Shown here piece by piece: positions 37,275 to 46,963 of a DNA stretch of 64,000 bases (positions are counted from its first letter, which is position 1; each line of letters opens with the position of its first letter). Origin of the DNA: an uncultured Gemmatimonadaceae bacterium (GTDB taxonomy: Bacteria; Gemmatimonadota; Gemmatimonadetes; Gemmatimonadales; Gemmatimonadaceae); assembly GCA_963761305.1 (NCBI GenBank), contig CAVXGK010000002.1, forward strand, positions 1,408,001 to 1,472,000, given 5' to 3'. The notes beneath the pieces were generated by a model. It made no database searches, was not told where the DNA came from, and saw only the letters and a list, made by a program, of their open reading frames with translations. A program made the position numbers and the translations under genes.

Positions 37275-40226
37275 ATGGAGTCCGTCCGTATGAGAAGACT
37301 CAGGTTGGTCCTCGGCGCGTTCATAGTAGTAGTTGGGACTGCGCCAGTTTGCGCACAGGGAACCGGTACGATTCGCGGACGCGTCACCGCCAATAATACT
37401 GAGCAAGGCCTGGCCGGGGCGTTAGTCACGTTCCGAAATCGAAGCGTGTATACGCGCGACGATGGCTCATTCCTGATATCAGCGGTCGCGCCCGGGGCGG
37501 ACACGCTCCGGGCGAGAGTCGTGGGGTATGCGCCCGCGAAGCGAGCGCTCACGGTCGCCCCCGGTCAGACCGTCGTTGGCGATGTCTCGCTAACTGCGGT
37601 GGCCGTGCAGCTCTCTGAAATCGTCTCCACCGGATACGGCACGCAGCGGGCTGGAAGCGTGACAGGCGCCGTGACCAAGGTTTCAGCAGACGAGTTCAAT
37701 ACCGGCCGCATCGTCAGCCCCGAGCAACTCATCGAGAGCAAAGTTGCCGGAGCGGAGGTGATCGACAACAACGAGCCGGGCGGCGGCATGTCCATTCGGA
37801 TTCGCGGCGCGACCTCGATCAACGCGAGCAGCGATCCGCTCTATGTGGTCGACGGCTTGCCGATCGGCACCGGCGGCGGGCTCGCGACCAGCGGCCGCGA
37901 CCCCCTCAATTTCCTGAACCCGAGCGACATTGAAAGCATCACGGTGCTCAAAGGCGGCGAGGCTGCGTCGATCTACGGAGCAAACGCTGCCAATGGCGTC
38001 GTGATCATCCAGACGAAATCCGGCCGGCCGGGGCAGACGCATGTCGACTATTCGACCAGCATGTCGTCGTCGCAGGTGACTCGGCTTCCCTCGATGCTGA
38101 ACGCGACGCAGTTCGCGGCGGCCGTGCAGCAGTATGCGCCGCAGAACGCCAATCAGTTGGGGAGCGCCAACACGGATTGGTTCGCCCAGGTTGACCGCAC
38201 GGGAGTCGGCCAGGACCAGAATGTCTCGGTGTCGGGCGCCGGTACGAGCAACGCCTACCGACTGTCGCTCGGCTATCTCAATCAACAAGGGATCATCAAG
38301 TCGAGCAGCACTCAACGAGGCAGCTTAGGCCTGAATTACTCGCAGCGGTTGTTCGACGACCGCCTCGACGTGAACACCAATCTGTTCGGATCGCGCTCGG
38401 TCGATCAGTTCGCGCCAAACGGCGTGCTGTCCAATGCGGCTCAGATGGGGCCGACTCAGCCGGTGACCGACCCGACGAGCGCGACGGGCTACTACAACTG
38501 GCCGGGGAACAGCTTGCAATCGGCCGACAATCCGGCGGAAATCCTCAAGCTGGCCACGGATAAGGGCACAACGTATCGCAGCATCGGTAACGTGCAGGCC
38601 AGCTATCGGATGCCGTTCCTCGATGCCTTGACCGCCAACGCCAACGTCGGTTATGACCTCACCGAAATTGACCGGTCCACCTTCAATCCGCAGTCTCTCC
38701 ACGCACAGTTGAAGGCGGGGACGGGCGGCACCCTCTTTACGACGGATCCGAACCTATTCAACCCGCTGCTCGAGACGTATCTAAACTATGTGTCCTCCTT
38801 TCCAGCTTTGCCCGGAAGCTTTGATCTGACGGGCGGCTACTCGTATTCGAAGTCCCACGGCGAGTATCCGTCGCTCAACGAGTCGAACCTCAGCACCAGT
38901 CTCCTCGGCAGCAACGGTATCGCGGCGGCGGCGACGGTGCAGAACGCGCTGAACATCCAGGATAGCAGGCTGATCTCGTTTTTCGGGCGGCTCAACTACA
39001 ACCTGAACGACCGCTATCTGGCGTCATTGAGCGTGCGGCGCGACGGGTCGTCGCGGTTCGGACCCGACAATGCCTGGGGCAACTTTCCGGCGGTTGCGGT
39101 CGCATGGCGCGTGTCGCAGGAATCGTTCATGAGCAGCCACCCATCGCTCTCCGACCTGAAGGTGCGGGCGTCGTGGGGCATCACGGGGAACCAGCAATTC
39201 GCCAACTATCAGCAGTACGCTGCCTACACGTTGGGCGACGCGCAGTCGCAGGTGCAGTTCGGCAATACATTCGTCAGCACCATCCGCCCCGCTGCGGTCG
39301 ACCCGAACATCAAATGGGAACAGACCAAGTCCTACGACCTCGGGCTCGATTGGGGCTTCGACGATCAACGAATCAGTGGCACCATCGACTGGTACAACAA
39401 GAGCACGAACGACCTCATTTTCACGGTGCCCGTCGCAGCTGGAAGTAACTTCTCGAACTTCCTGACGACCAACATCGGCAGCATGAAGAATTCGGGGGTC
39501 GAGTTCGCGCTCGATGCCCGCGTGATCGACGGCAAGCGTGGTGGCATCGGCTGGACGACCAACTTCAACGCGGCTCGCAACTCGAACCAGCTGACGAGCA
39601 TCAATCCGACGGGCGGTCTCGGACAGAAGATCCTGACCGGTGGTATCGCGGGTGGCGTCGGCACGACAATCGAGGTGCTGCAACCGGGCGAGCCCATCAA
39701 CTCGTTCTACGTCTTCAAGCAGACGTACGACGCGAGCGGAAAACCGATTCAGGGGAAGTACTCCGACTCCCTTCCCGAGCCGTTTCACGACCCCGCGCCC
39801 AAGTGGATCTTGGGCCACACTTCGTTCCTGACGTACGGCAAATGGGACGCGAGCTTCACGTTGCGGGCGTGGCTTGGGAACTATGTGTACAACAATGTGG
39901 CATCGAACCTTGGGGATTACGCGGAGCTCACGCGCGGCTCGCCGTACAACCTGCAGACGTCGGTGCTGGCGACCGGGTTCACCCAGCCGCAGTATCAATC
40001 GAGTTATTATGTCGAGGACGGATCATTCTTACGGATGGACAACATCACCCTCGGCTATGCGTTTCAGTATCATGGCGAGCCGCTCCGCCTGTACGGCGCG
40101 TTGCAGAACGCGTTCACTATCACGGGGTACAGCGGCGTGGACCCGACAGCAGGGCTGAACGGCATCGACAACAACATTTATCCGCGGGCGCGTACCTGGA
40201 CCGGCGGCGTGAGCATTCGGTTCTGA
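37275..40226 (+). CDS. susC: SusC/RagA-family TonB-dependent outer membrane transporter
   Basis: Carboxypeptidase-regulatory-like N-domain, TGYGTQ, IRIRG...PLYVVDG, DIESITVLK...IYG..AANGVVIIQTK, RRDGSSRFG, IKWE, YVEDGSFLR, YPRART; C-terminal F. Confidence 0.95.
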   Translation: MESVRMRRLRLVLGAFIVVVGTAPVCAQGTGTIRGRVTANNTEQGLAGALVTFRNRSVYTRDDGSFLISAVAPGADTLRARVVGYAPAKRALTVAPGQTVVGDVSLTAVAVQLSEIVSTGYGTQRAGSVTGAVTKVSADEFNTGRIVSPEQLIESKVAGAEVIDNNEPGGGMSIRIRGATSINASSDPLYVVDGLPIGTGGGLATSGRDPLNFLNPSDIESITVLKGGEAASIYGANAANGVVIIQTKSGRPGQTHVDYSTSMSSSQVTRLPSMLNATQFAAAVQQYAPQNANQLGSANTDWFAQVDRTGVGQDQNVSVSGAGTSNAYRLSLGYLNQQGIIKSSSTQRGSLGLNYSQRLFDDRLDVNTNLFGSRSVDQFAPNGVLSNAAQMGPTQPVTDPTSATGYYNWPGNSLQSADNPAEILKLATDKGTTYRSIGNVQASYRMPFLDALTANANVGYDLTEIDRSTFNPQSLHAQLKAGTGGTLFTTDPNLFNPLLETYLNYVSSFPALPGSFDLTGGYSYSKSHGEYPSLNESNLSTSLLGSNGIAAAATVQNALNIQDSRLISFFGRLNYNLNDRYLASLSVRRDGSSRFGPDNAWGNFPAVAVAWRVSQESFMSSHPSLSDLKVRASWGITGNQQFANYQQYAAYTLGDAQSQVQFGNTFVSTIRPAAVDPNIKWEQTKSYDLGLDWGFDDQRISGTIDWYNKSTNDLIFTVPVAAGSNFSNFLTTNIGSMKNSGVEFALDARVIDGKRGGIGWTTNFNAARNSNQLTSINPTGGLGQKILTGGIAGGVGTTIEVLQPGEPINSFYVFKQTYDASGKPIQGKYSDSLPEPFHDPAPKWILGHTSFLTYGKWDASFTLRAWLGNYVYNNVASNLGDYAELTRGSPYNLQTSVLATGFTQPQYQSSYYVEDGSFLRMDNITLGYAFQYHGEPLRLYGALQNAFTITGYSGVDPTAGLNGIDNNIYPRARTWTGGVSIRF

Positions 40227-40267
40227 CAAATGGCTCCGAACCCTACCATTCGCGAAGGTACCCAAAC

Positions 40268-41845
40268 ATGAACGCCAGAACATCCACGGTGTTCGCCAGT
40301 GCCGCGGCCCTTCTGTTCGTGACCGCCACTTCCTGCACCGATTTGACCGTCCAGCCGGTGAGCACCGTCACGAGCGCCAACATCTTCAACGATCCAACCT
40401 CGTACCAGAAGTTCATCGCCAAACTGTATGCCGGTCTGGCCGTCGGCGGGGAATCGTCCGGCGACGGGAACACCGACATCCAAGGCATCGACGGGGGGTT
40501 CTCCCAATACTTGCGGCTCTATTGGGAAATGGAGGAGTTGCCGACCGATGAAGCCGTATTGGCCTGGGGCGACATCGGCATCCCCGATTTGAACACGCAG
40601 ACCTGGAACGCGTTCAACGTGTTCCCGCAGTCGATGTACTACCGGGTCTTCTTCCAGGCGGCCCTGGCCAACGAGTTTCTGCGTCAGACGACGGACGATG
40701 CGCTCGCCGCGCATGGCGTCACCGGCGCGCTCAAGACCACGATCCAGCAGTACCGCGCTGAGGCGCGATTCCTCCGAGCGCTCAGCTACTGGCACGGGCT
40801 CGACCTGTTCGGGGACATCCCGCTCGTGACCGAGGCCGACCCCGTCGGCGGAGCGCCGCCGGCGCAGAGTACGCGTGCGGCGATTTACGCATACGTCGTG
40901 AAAGAGCTCACCGACATTCAGTCGCAGTTGCCTGCCCCCGGCCCGAGCACTTACGGTCGAGCAACCGGGGCTGCCGCGAACATGCTGCTCGCCAACCTGT
41001 ACCTGAACGCCGGTGTTTACACGGGCACGACAGCCTATCCCCAGGCACTGGCGGCCGCCCAAGCCGTCATCAGCTCCGGCGCGTATAGCCTCGATCCCAA
41101 CTTCAGGCACATGTTCCAGGCGGACAACAACACGTCGCCCGAGATCATTTTCGCCATCACGCAGGACGGACTGCACACGCAGACATACGGCGGCGTGAAT
41201 TTCATCATTCACGCTTCGTGCGGGGGTTCGCTGAGCAACTCCGTCATGGGGATCGACGGTTGCTGGTATGGCAACCGCCTCAAGCCACAAGCCTATATGC
41301 GCTACGATGCGACGAACGATAAACGGGCTTCGTTCATCTACACGTCCGGCCAGACGCTCGCCGTCGGCAGCATTTCCGACTTCGGCACCGGGTACCTCGC
41401 TCCGAAGTTCCAGAACGTGACCTCGGCCGGCGCGCCAGGATCGAACCCCGGATTCGTCGATACGGATTTTCCCATGTTTCGCCTCGGCGAGGCGTACCTG
41501 ATCTACGCGGAAGCGGCGGTGCGCGGAGGCGGCGACCTCTCGCAGGCGTTGACCTACGTCAACGCGCTCCGGCAGCGCGCCTATGGAAACACGAGCGGCA
41601 ACATCACCGCCGGGCAGCTCACCACGCAGTTCATCCTCGACGAGCGCGGTCGCGAGCTGCTCTGGGAGGCCCACCGTCGCACGGATCTCGTCCGCTTCGG
41701 GCTCTTCACGGGCGGCAGCTACACCTGGTCCTGGAAGGGCGGCACACAAGCTGGCGGGTCGACCGATGCTCACTTGAACCTGTTCCCGATTCCAGCCACG
41801 GAACTCGTGGCCAACCCGAAGCTCAAGCAGAATCCGGGCTACTAA
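40268..41845 (+). CDS. susD: SusD/RagB-family glycan-binding lipoprotein
   Basis: Lipobox ATSC; AEARFLRA, FPMFRLGEAYL.YAEA, ILDERGRELLWEAHRRTDLVRFG, QNPGY. Confidence 0.95.
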   Translation: MNARTSTVFASAAALLFVTATSCTDLTVQPVSTVTSANIFNDPTSYQKFIAKLYAGLAVGGESSGDGNTDIQGIDGGFSQYLRLYWEMEELPTDEAVLAWGDIGIPDLNTQTWNAFNVFPQSMYYRVFFQAALANEFLRQTTDDALAAHGVTGALKTTIQQYRAEARFLRALSYWHGLDLFGDIPLVTEADPVGGAPPAQSTRAAIYAYVVKELTDIQSQLPAPGPSTYGRATGAAANMLLANLYLNAGVYTGTTAYPQALAAAQAVISSGAYSLDPNFRHMFQADNNTSPEIIFAITQDGLHTQTYGGVNFIIHASCGGSLSNSVMGIDGCWYGNRLKPQAYMRYDATNDKRASFIYTSGQTLAVGSISDFGTGYLAPKFQNVTSAGAPGSNPGFVDTDFPMFRLGEAYLIYAEAAVRGGGDLSQALTYVNALRQRAYGNTSGNITAGQLTTQFILDERGRELLWEAHRRTDLVRFGLFTGGSYTWSWKGGTQAGGSTDAHLNLFPIPATELVANPKLKQNPGY

Positions 41846-41873
41846 GCGCAGCGCTGGTAGCGTCCGCCGTCCT

Positions 41874-41908
41874 GCAGCCAATCCGCTTTTGTCGCGCGGA
41901 TTGGCTGC
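41874..41908 (+). terminator. Stem-loop after susD
   Basis: Perfect 13-bp stem gcagccaatccgc/gcggattggctgc. Confidence 0.55.
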
Positions 41909-41930
41909 TTGGCGTTAGGCCCCAAACGTG

Positions 41931-43518
41931 ATGCCGTTCTGTCGACTGCGAATCCCGCCCGCCGCCGCGCTCCTGGTGCTCGCCACAGGCTGCGCCAATT
42001 CGCCGGATGGCCCTCCGATCACCGGCCAACTTCCCGCGGATCGGCCGGCACTCTCGCAGACGTATCGGGCCAGCGGGCACATGTCCGCTGGCGACGTGTT
42101 CGTCCACCTCTTCGAATGGAAGTGGCCGGACATCGCGCAACGAGTGCGAGCAGAATCTTGGACCGGCCGGTTTTGCGGCTGTGCAGGTCTCGCCGCCGCA
42201 AGAGCACAGCATCACGCCAACCTTCGACTGGAGTGAGCGCTACCAGCCGGTGAGCTACAGCATCGCGCGCAGCCGATCGGGAACGGGTGCCGAGTTCGCG
42301 GACATGGTGCAGCGGTGCAAGGCAGCGGGGGTTGGCATTTATGTAGATGCCGTCATCAACCACATGACCAATTCCCCCAGCCCCGGCGTCGGGAGCAACG
42401 GCACGAGTTACACGAAGTACGACTATCCGGGATTGTTCGCCCCGTCCGACTTCCACCCGCCATGCATCGTCAACGACTACGCGAATGCCGCCAACGTTCA
42501 AGACTGCGAACTGTTGTCGCTCCCCGATCTCGACACCGGCCTCGCGTCGGTCCGACAGAAGATCGCCGGGTACCTGATCATGCTCGCGCGGCTCGGCGTC
42601 GCCGGCTTTCGCGTCGACGCCGCGAAACACATTCAGCAGGTGGAGCTCGACGACATCCTCGCGATTGTCGATTCCACGATGACAGCCGAAGGCCGCCCCG
42701 TTCCGTACTACTTTCTTGAAGTGAGCTCCGGGCCGGGCGAAGCGTTGGGGCCGCGTGATTTTTTCGGTGAAGCGTATGGATCCGGCGGCGCGGCGGACAT
42801 CACAGAATTCACCTTCGTCGGCGTCGGCGACAAATTTCGAGGCATCGGCGGTCAACACATTTCACAGCTGAATCCGGACGGTCCGCCGGGAAGTCAGTTT
42901 TCGCCGTCCGCATGGGGCCTCATGCCGTCCGACAAGGCGGTAGTCTTTTTGGAGAACCACGACACGCAGCATCAATGTGGCTTGAGCTACCGAGACGGAA
43001 GTGTGTTCCGCATCGCGAACGTCTGGATGCTCGCCCAACCCTACGGTTTCCCGTCCATCCTATCGAGCTATGTCTTTGCCTGTCCCGCCGAAAACTCGAT
43101 GGGCCCACCCTCCGATGCCGGCGGCCACACGAACGACGTCACCTGCGCGCCGAGTTTCGAGACCGCGGCGACGGGTCAATGGGTGTGCGAGCATCGTGAC
43201 CCGTCGATCCGGAACATGGTCGCATTCCGGCGTCTCGTCGCTGGCACGGATATCAATCACTGGTGGGACGACGGCAATGGTATGATCGCCTTCTCCCGCG
43301 GCGATAAGGGCTTCGTCGCCATCAACAACGAGCCTGCTCCTCTGGCGGCCACAGTGACATCCGGGCTCGCACCGGGCGTCTACTGCGACCTGCTCACGGG
43401 CGGGCGGGGCCCAACGGGTTGCATCGGAAAGGTGCTGGTGGTGGACGCATCGGGAACGGTCCAGGTCCAGCTCGACCCGACTTCGGCGGTTGCGATCGAC
43501 GTCGCGACACGCCTATGA
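41931..43518 (+). pseudogene. Alpha-amylase GH13 (Streptomyces/animal-like type), lipoprotein, +1 frameshift near 42138
   Basis: The N-frame has ATGC lipobox and VFVHLFEWKWPDIA. The C-frame has NECEQNLGP..VQVSPPQE, RYQPVSY, DAVINH, GFRVDAAKH, FLENHD, WVCEHR. Extra C in gcg C aac. Confidence 0.88.
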
Positions 43519-43528
43519 GAATACTCGC

Positions 43529-45163
43529 ATGACGCGATCCCCCCCCCTTGCGCTCGCTGCGATCACAGCTCTCGCGGCGTGCGCGGCCCGGACCTCTCCT
43601 CGCGCGCCGAGCGTCGAGACGCGCGCTCCCGGGTGGACTCGTGGAGGCGTCTGCTACGAGGTCTTCGTTCGGTCGTTCTACGACAGCAACGGCGACGGCG
43701 TCGGCGATCTCAGGGGATTGATCCAGAAACTCGATTACATCAACGACGGCAACCGCGCGTCGTCGCGCAGCCTCGGCGCGTCGTGCATCTGGCTCATGCC
43801 GGTGGCCGCATCGCCCAGCTACCATGGCTATGACGTCAGCGACTACTATCGCGTCGAGCCGGCCTATGGCACGAACGACGACTTCAAGCAACTCGTTACC
43901 GAGGCGCACCGGCGCGGCATCGCCATTCTCGTGGACATGGTGCTCAATCATTCCTCGAGCGAGCACCCACACTTTCAGGCGGCGTTGCGGGACACGACGT
44001 CGCCGTTCCGCGCTTGGTACCGCTTCGCTCCCACGCCGCTCGGCAAGGGCCCATGGGGATCCGACGCGTGGCGCAAGTCGCCGGTACGGAACGAGTACTA
44101 CTACGGTCCCTTCTCGACCGACATGCCGGATCTGGACTATCACAGTCCCGCGGTTCGTGAGGAAGCGAAGAAGATCGCCGCGTTCTGGCTGCGTGACATG
44201 GGGGCGGATGGCTTTCGGCTCGACGCCATTCCGTACCTCGTCGAGGATGGCGCCTGTCTGATGGGCTGCCCCGGCACGCACGCGTTCCTGCGCGAATACG
44301 CGGCGTACATCGGTAGCATTGCGCCGGCGGCATACACGGTCGGTGAAGCGTGGGGAAACATCGATGCCGTACTACCGTACTACCCCGACCAGCTCACCTC
44401 ATACTTTGGATTCGAGCTCGCGGACTCGCTCGTCGCGGCGGTTCGACGAGGCTCGATCGGAGGAATGCTCTCGGGCTATCTACGGTTGCAGGACACGCTG
44501 CCAGGATACCGATGGTCACCATTCCTGAGCAACCATGACGGGACGCGTGTCATGACACTGCTGGGCGGCGACATGGCACGCGCAAAGATCGCCGCGACGC
44601 TCCTGCTGACGCTGCCCGGTCTGCCCTTCGTGTACTATGGCGAGGAGATTGGAATGTCAGGCGACAAGCCGGACCCCCGACTCCGAACTCCGATGCAGTG
44701 GAGCGCCGGCCACGCAGCGGGATTCACCACCGGAACACCGTGGGAAGCCCTTCAGCCTGATACACAGGCGATCAACGTCGCCACCGAGGACGCGGCCGGG
44801 GGTTCGCTGCTGAATCTCTATCGCCGGCTCATCAGCCTACGGAAGTCGAACGACGCGCTGGCAACTGGCAGGCTCGTACCGCTCACAGCCGGCAGTACCC
44901 AGGTGATCGCCTACCTTCGTCGGGCGGGCGACAAGGCGGTTCTTGTGGTCGCGAACCTCGGCGCGGCGCCCGTGACTGGAGTGTCCGTGCACTCGGGGAA
45001 AGACGCGATTCCACCCGGCAGCTACGCGGCGCAAGGCCTGCTCGGCACGCAGAACGGCGCGACGCTGGTGGTTGGCCCCGATGGTGAGCTGCTCGGCTAC
45101 GTCCCCGTCACGGGCCGGCTAGGGCCGAGGGAGAGCGCGGTGTTCGACATGGTGCGTCAATAG
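43529..45163 (+). CDS. GH13 alpha-amylase family glycoside hydrolase, probable lipoprotein
   Basis: LAAC lipobox; YEVFVRSFYDSNGDGVGD, SYHGYD, DMVLNH, DGFRLDA, VGE, FLSNHD, YYGEEIG. Confidence 0.93.
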   Translation: MTRSPPLALAAITALAACAARTSPRAPSVETRAPGWTRGGVCYEVFVRSFYDSNGDGVGDLRGLIQKLDYINDGNRASSRSLGASCIWLMPVAASPSYHGYDVSDYYRVEPAYGTNDDFKQLVTEAHRRGIAILVDMVLNHSSSEHPHFQAALRDTTSPFRAWYRFAPTPLGKGPWGSDAWRKSPVRNEYYYGPFSTDMPDLDYHSPAVREEAKKIAAFWLRDMGADGFRLDAIPYLVEDGACLMGCPGTHAFLREYAAYIGSIAPAAYTVGEAWGNIDAVLPYYPDQLTSYFGFELADSLVAAVRRGSIGGMLSGYLRLQDTLPGYRWSPFLSNHDGTRVMTLLGGDMARAKIAATLLLTLPGLPFVYYGEEIGMSGDKPDPRLRTPMQWSAGHAAGFTTGTPWEALQPDTQAINVATEDAAGGSLLNLYRRLISLRKSNDALATGRLVPLTAGSTQVIAYLRRAGDKAVLVVANLGAAPVTGVSVHSGKDAIPPGSYAAQGLLGTQNGATLVVGPDGELLGYVPVTGRLGPRESAVFDMVRQ

Positions 45164-45180
45164 TCTCGGGGTTCAGGCCC

Positions 45181-45450
45181 TTTCAACAGCCTGGTCAAAC
45201 GCCGAGGAACCCGAGGGATCGCAGCCAACCCCTCGAAAAGCTTGCCCCGTCCACGGCAAGAAGCTCCTGCCCTGCCTTCGGCTCATGAACAAGCGCTTGA
45301 GCCTGCTCATCAACTTCGGAGAGACACTCTCACGGAGGGCCTGCGCCGCATCGTCAACGATCTCCCTGCCTCCGCGTCCCCGCGCCCCCGCGTGAACCAA
45401 TTGGCGCTGAATCCGGCTAGGAGTGCTCGAGGCTAAACTGAACGGCAGTG
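45181..45450. mobile_element. Possible degraded IS remnant(s)
   Basis: tttcaacagcctg (45181) and taaactgaacggcagtg (45434) resemble, from memory, IS5/IS1182-type and IS4-type termini. No transposase motif is visible. Confidence 0.3.
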
Positions 45451-45480
45451 GTCTAGCTCTCCGCGTGGAGGATGTTGAGA

Positions 45481-46845
45481 CTAGTTCCGCTCGAGCACCA
45501 CGGCGCCGAACGCAGGCAGCGTGACCGAGCCACCTCGCTGGATGCGGCGGGTCAACTGGTCGCGCAAACCATCCACGCCGACGCCGGTCACCGTGAACTT
45601 CACCTCGTGCCGCCGCGCATTTACCAGCACGATCGCGTCGCCGCGCCGATAGGCGATTACTTCGCCAGGGTCGCTCGTATCGACCGCCAAGAGATTTCCT
45701 GAAGCGAACGCGGGATCGCTACGAATCAGCTCCTCGATCCGCCTATAAAACGCCAGAGCGACGGACGCGTTGGGTTGATCCCAAACGATGGGATCGCGCT
45801 CGAAGAGCGGCAGCTTTTGAGGACTCTCAACCTCCTGACCGTCGTAGATCAACGGCCGGCCGGGCAGCAGCGCCATGGCGACGTACGCCGCGCGCGCGCC
45901 CGCCACACCCGCGAACCGTTTGACCGGCGGATTGTCCCAAGCCGTCTCATCGTGATTCGTCGTGAAGCGCAGGCGCATTCCGCCCGGAGGGACCGTCTTG
46001 AGATCGGCCAGCTCCTGTTGCACGAATCTCGACGCGGGTACGCTGTCCCACACCGCTTTGAGGTGGCTGTACGAGTCCCATGCGTATGTGAGATCGAAGC
46101 CGAACCGGTGCATCTTGACGTCGCCCCACTCAGCGAGCAGCAGGATTGGGCGCTTGACGCTGGCGCGCAGCTGCGGCAGTGCCTCCTGCCAGAAGTCGTC
46201 GGGAACGAATCCGGCGGCGTCGACGCGGAATCCGTCAATGTCATACTGCACCAGCCAATGGCGCATGGCGTCGATCATCGCGCGTCGCATCTCTGGATTC
46301 TTGTAATTCAGTTGGGCGACATCGGTCCAGTCGGTCAGGTTCCCCTTGTCATCGCGCGGCACGGTGAGCGCACCGCTCTCGTTGCGAACATAGAACGCCG
46401 GATGTTGCTGGACCCAGACGTTGTCCCACGCCGTGTGATTCGGGACCCAATCGAGGATCAGCTTCATGCCCCGTGCGTGCACGGCCTGTACGAGCGCCTT
46501 GAAGTCCGCGAGGCTGCCGAACTCCGGATTGACCGCCAGATAGTCGCGCACGGCGTACGGGGAGCCGAGCGTCCCTTTCCGGTTGGATATCCCAACGGGA
46601 TAGATTGGCATGAGCCACACGACATTCGCCCCGACCGCCTGAATCCGGTCAAGCCCCCGAGCCACACCTCGGAAATCACCGCTGGGCGAAAAGTCTCGCA
46701 CGAAGACTTCATAGATCGCACTATGACTGACCCATGAGGAGTCGGGTGCCGGTACTCGCGCGGACGCTTGTGCGATGCAAGCCGTCGCCGGAAATGCGGC
46801 CGCCACCACGACAGAGAGCGTGACGGCGGACAGACGATTTCGCAT
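45481..46845 (-). CDS. GH13 alpha-amylase family glycoside hydrolase, secreted
   Basis: IYEVFVR, WLMPI, GSPYAVRDY, LDWVPNH, DGFRVDAA, LAE, FTTNHDE; signal peptide from 46845. Confidence 0.93.
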   Translation of the reverse strand: MRNRLSAVTLSVVVAAAFPATACIAQASARVPAPDSSWVSHSAIYEVFVRDFSPSGDFRGVARGLDRIQAVGANVVWLMPIYPVGISNRKGTLGSPYAVRDYLAVNPEFGSLADFKALVQAVHARGMKLILDWVPNHTAWDNVWVQQHPAFYVRNESGALTVPRDDKGNLTDWTDVAQLNYKNPEMRRAMIDAMRHWLVQYDIDGFRVDAAGFVPDDFWQEALPQLRASVKRPILLLAEWGDVKMHRFGFDLTYAWDSYSHLKAVWDSVPASRFVQQELADLKTVPPGGMRLRFTTNHDETAWDNPPVKRFAGVAGARAAYVAMALLPGRPLIYDGQEVESPQKLPLFERDPIVWDQPNASVALAFYRRIEELIRSDPAFASGNLLAVDTSDPGEVIAYRRGDAIVLVNARRHEVKFTVTGVGVDGLRDQLTRRIQRGGSVTLPAFGAVVLERN

Positions 46846-46963
46846 CGACCTTGCTCCCGCGTGGAAGAAAAAGCCCGACGAGCAGTAGCCAGGCGCGAAT
46901 GTAGCCGTCGCGTTCATATTGCGGGAGAATGATCGTCCGGCGATCACTCGGAGGAAGCAGAGA

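Noticed and set aside
40178..41881. 567-aa minus-strand ORF, and similar long ORFs such as 53875-55890(-), 53914-54156 extension, 33580-34923(+), 29988-30524(-)
   Set aside because: Antisense or off-frame shadows of well-supported genes, expected in high-GC DNA; no recognisable motifs.
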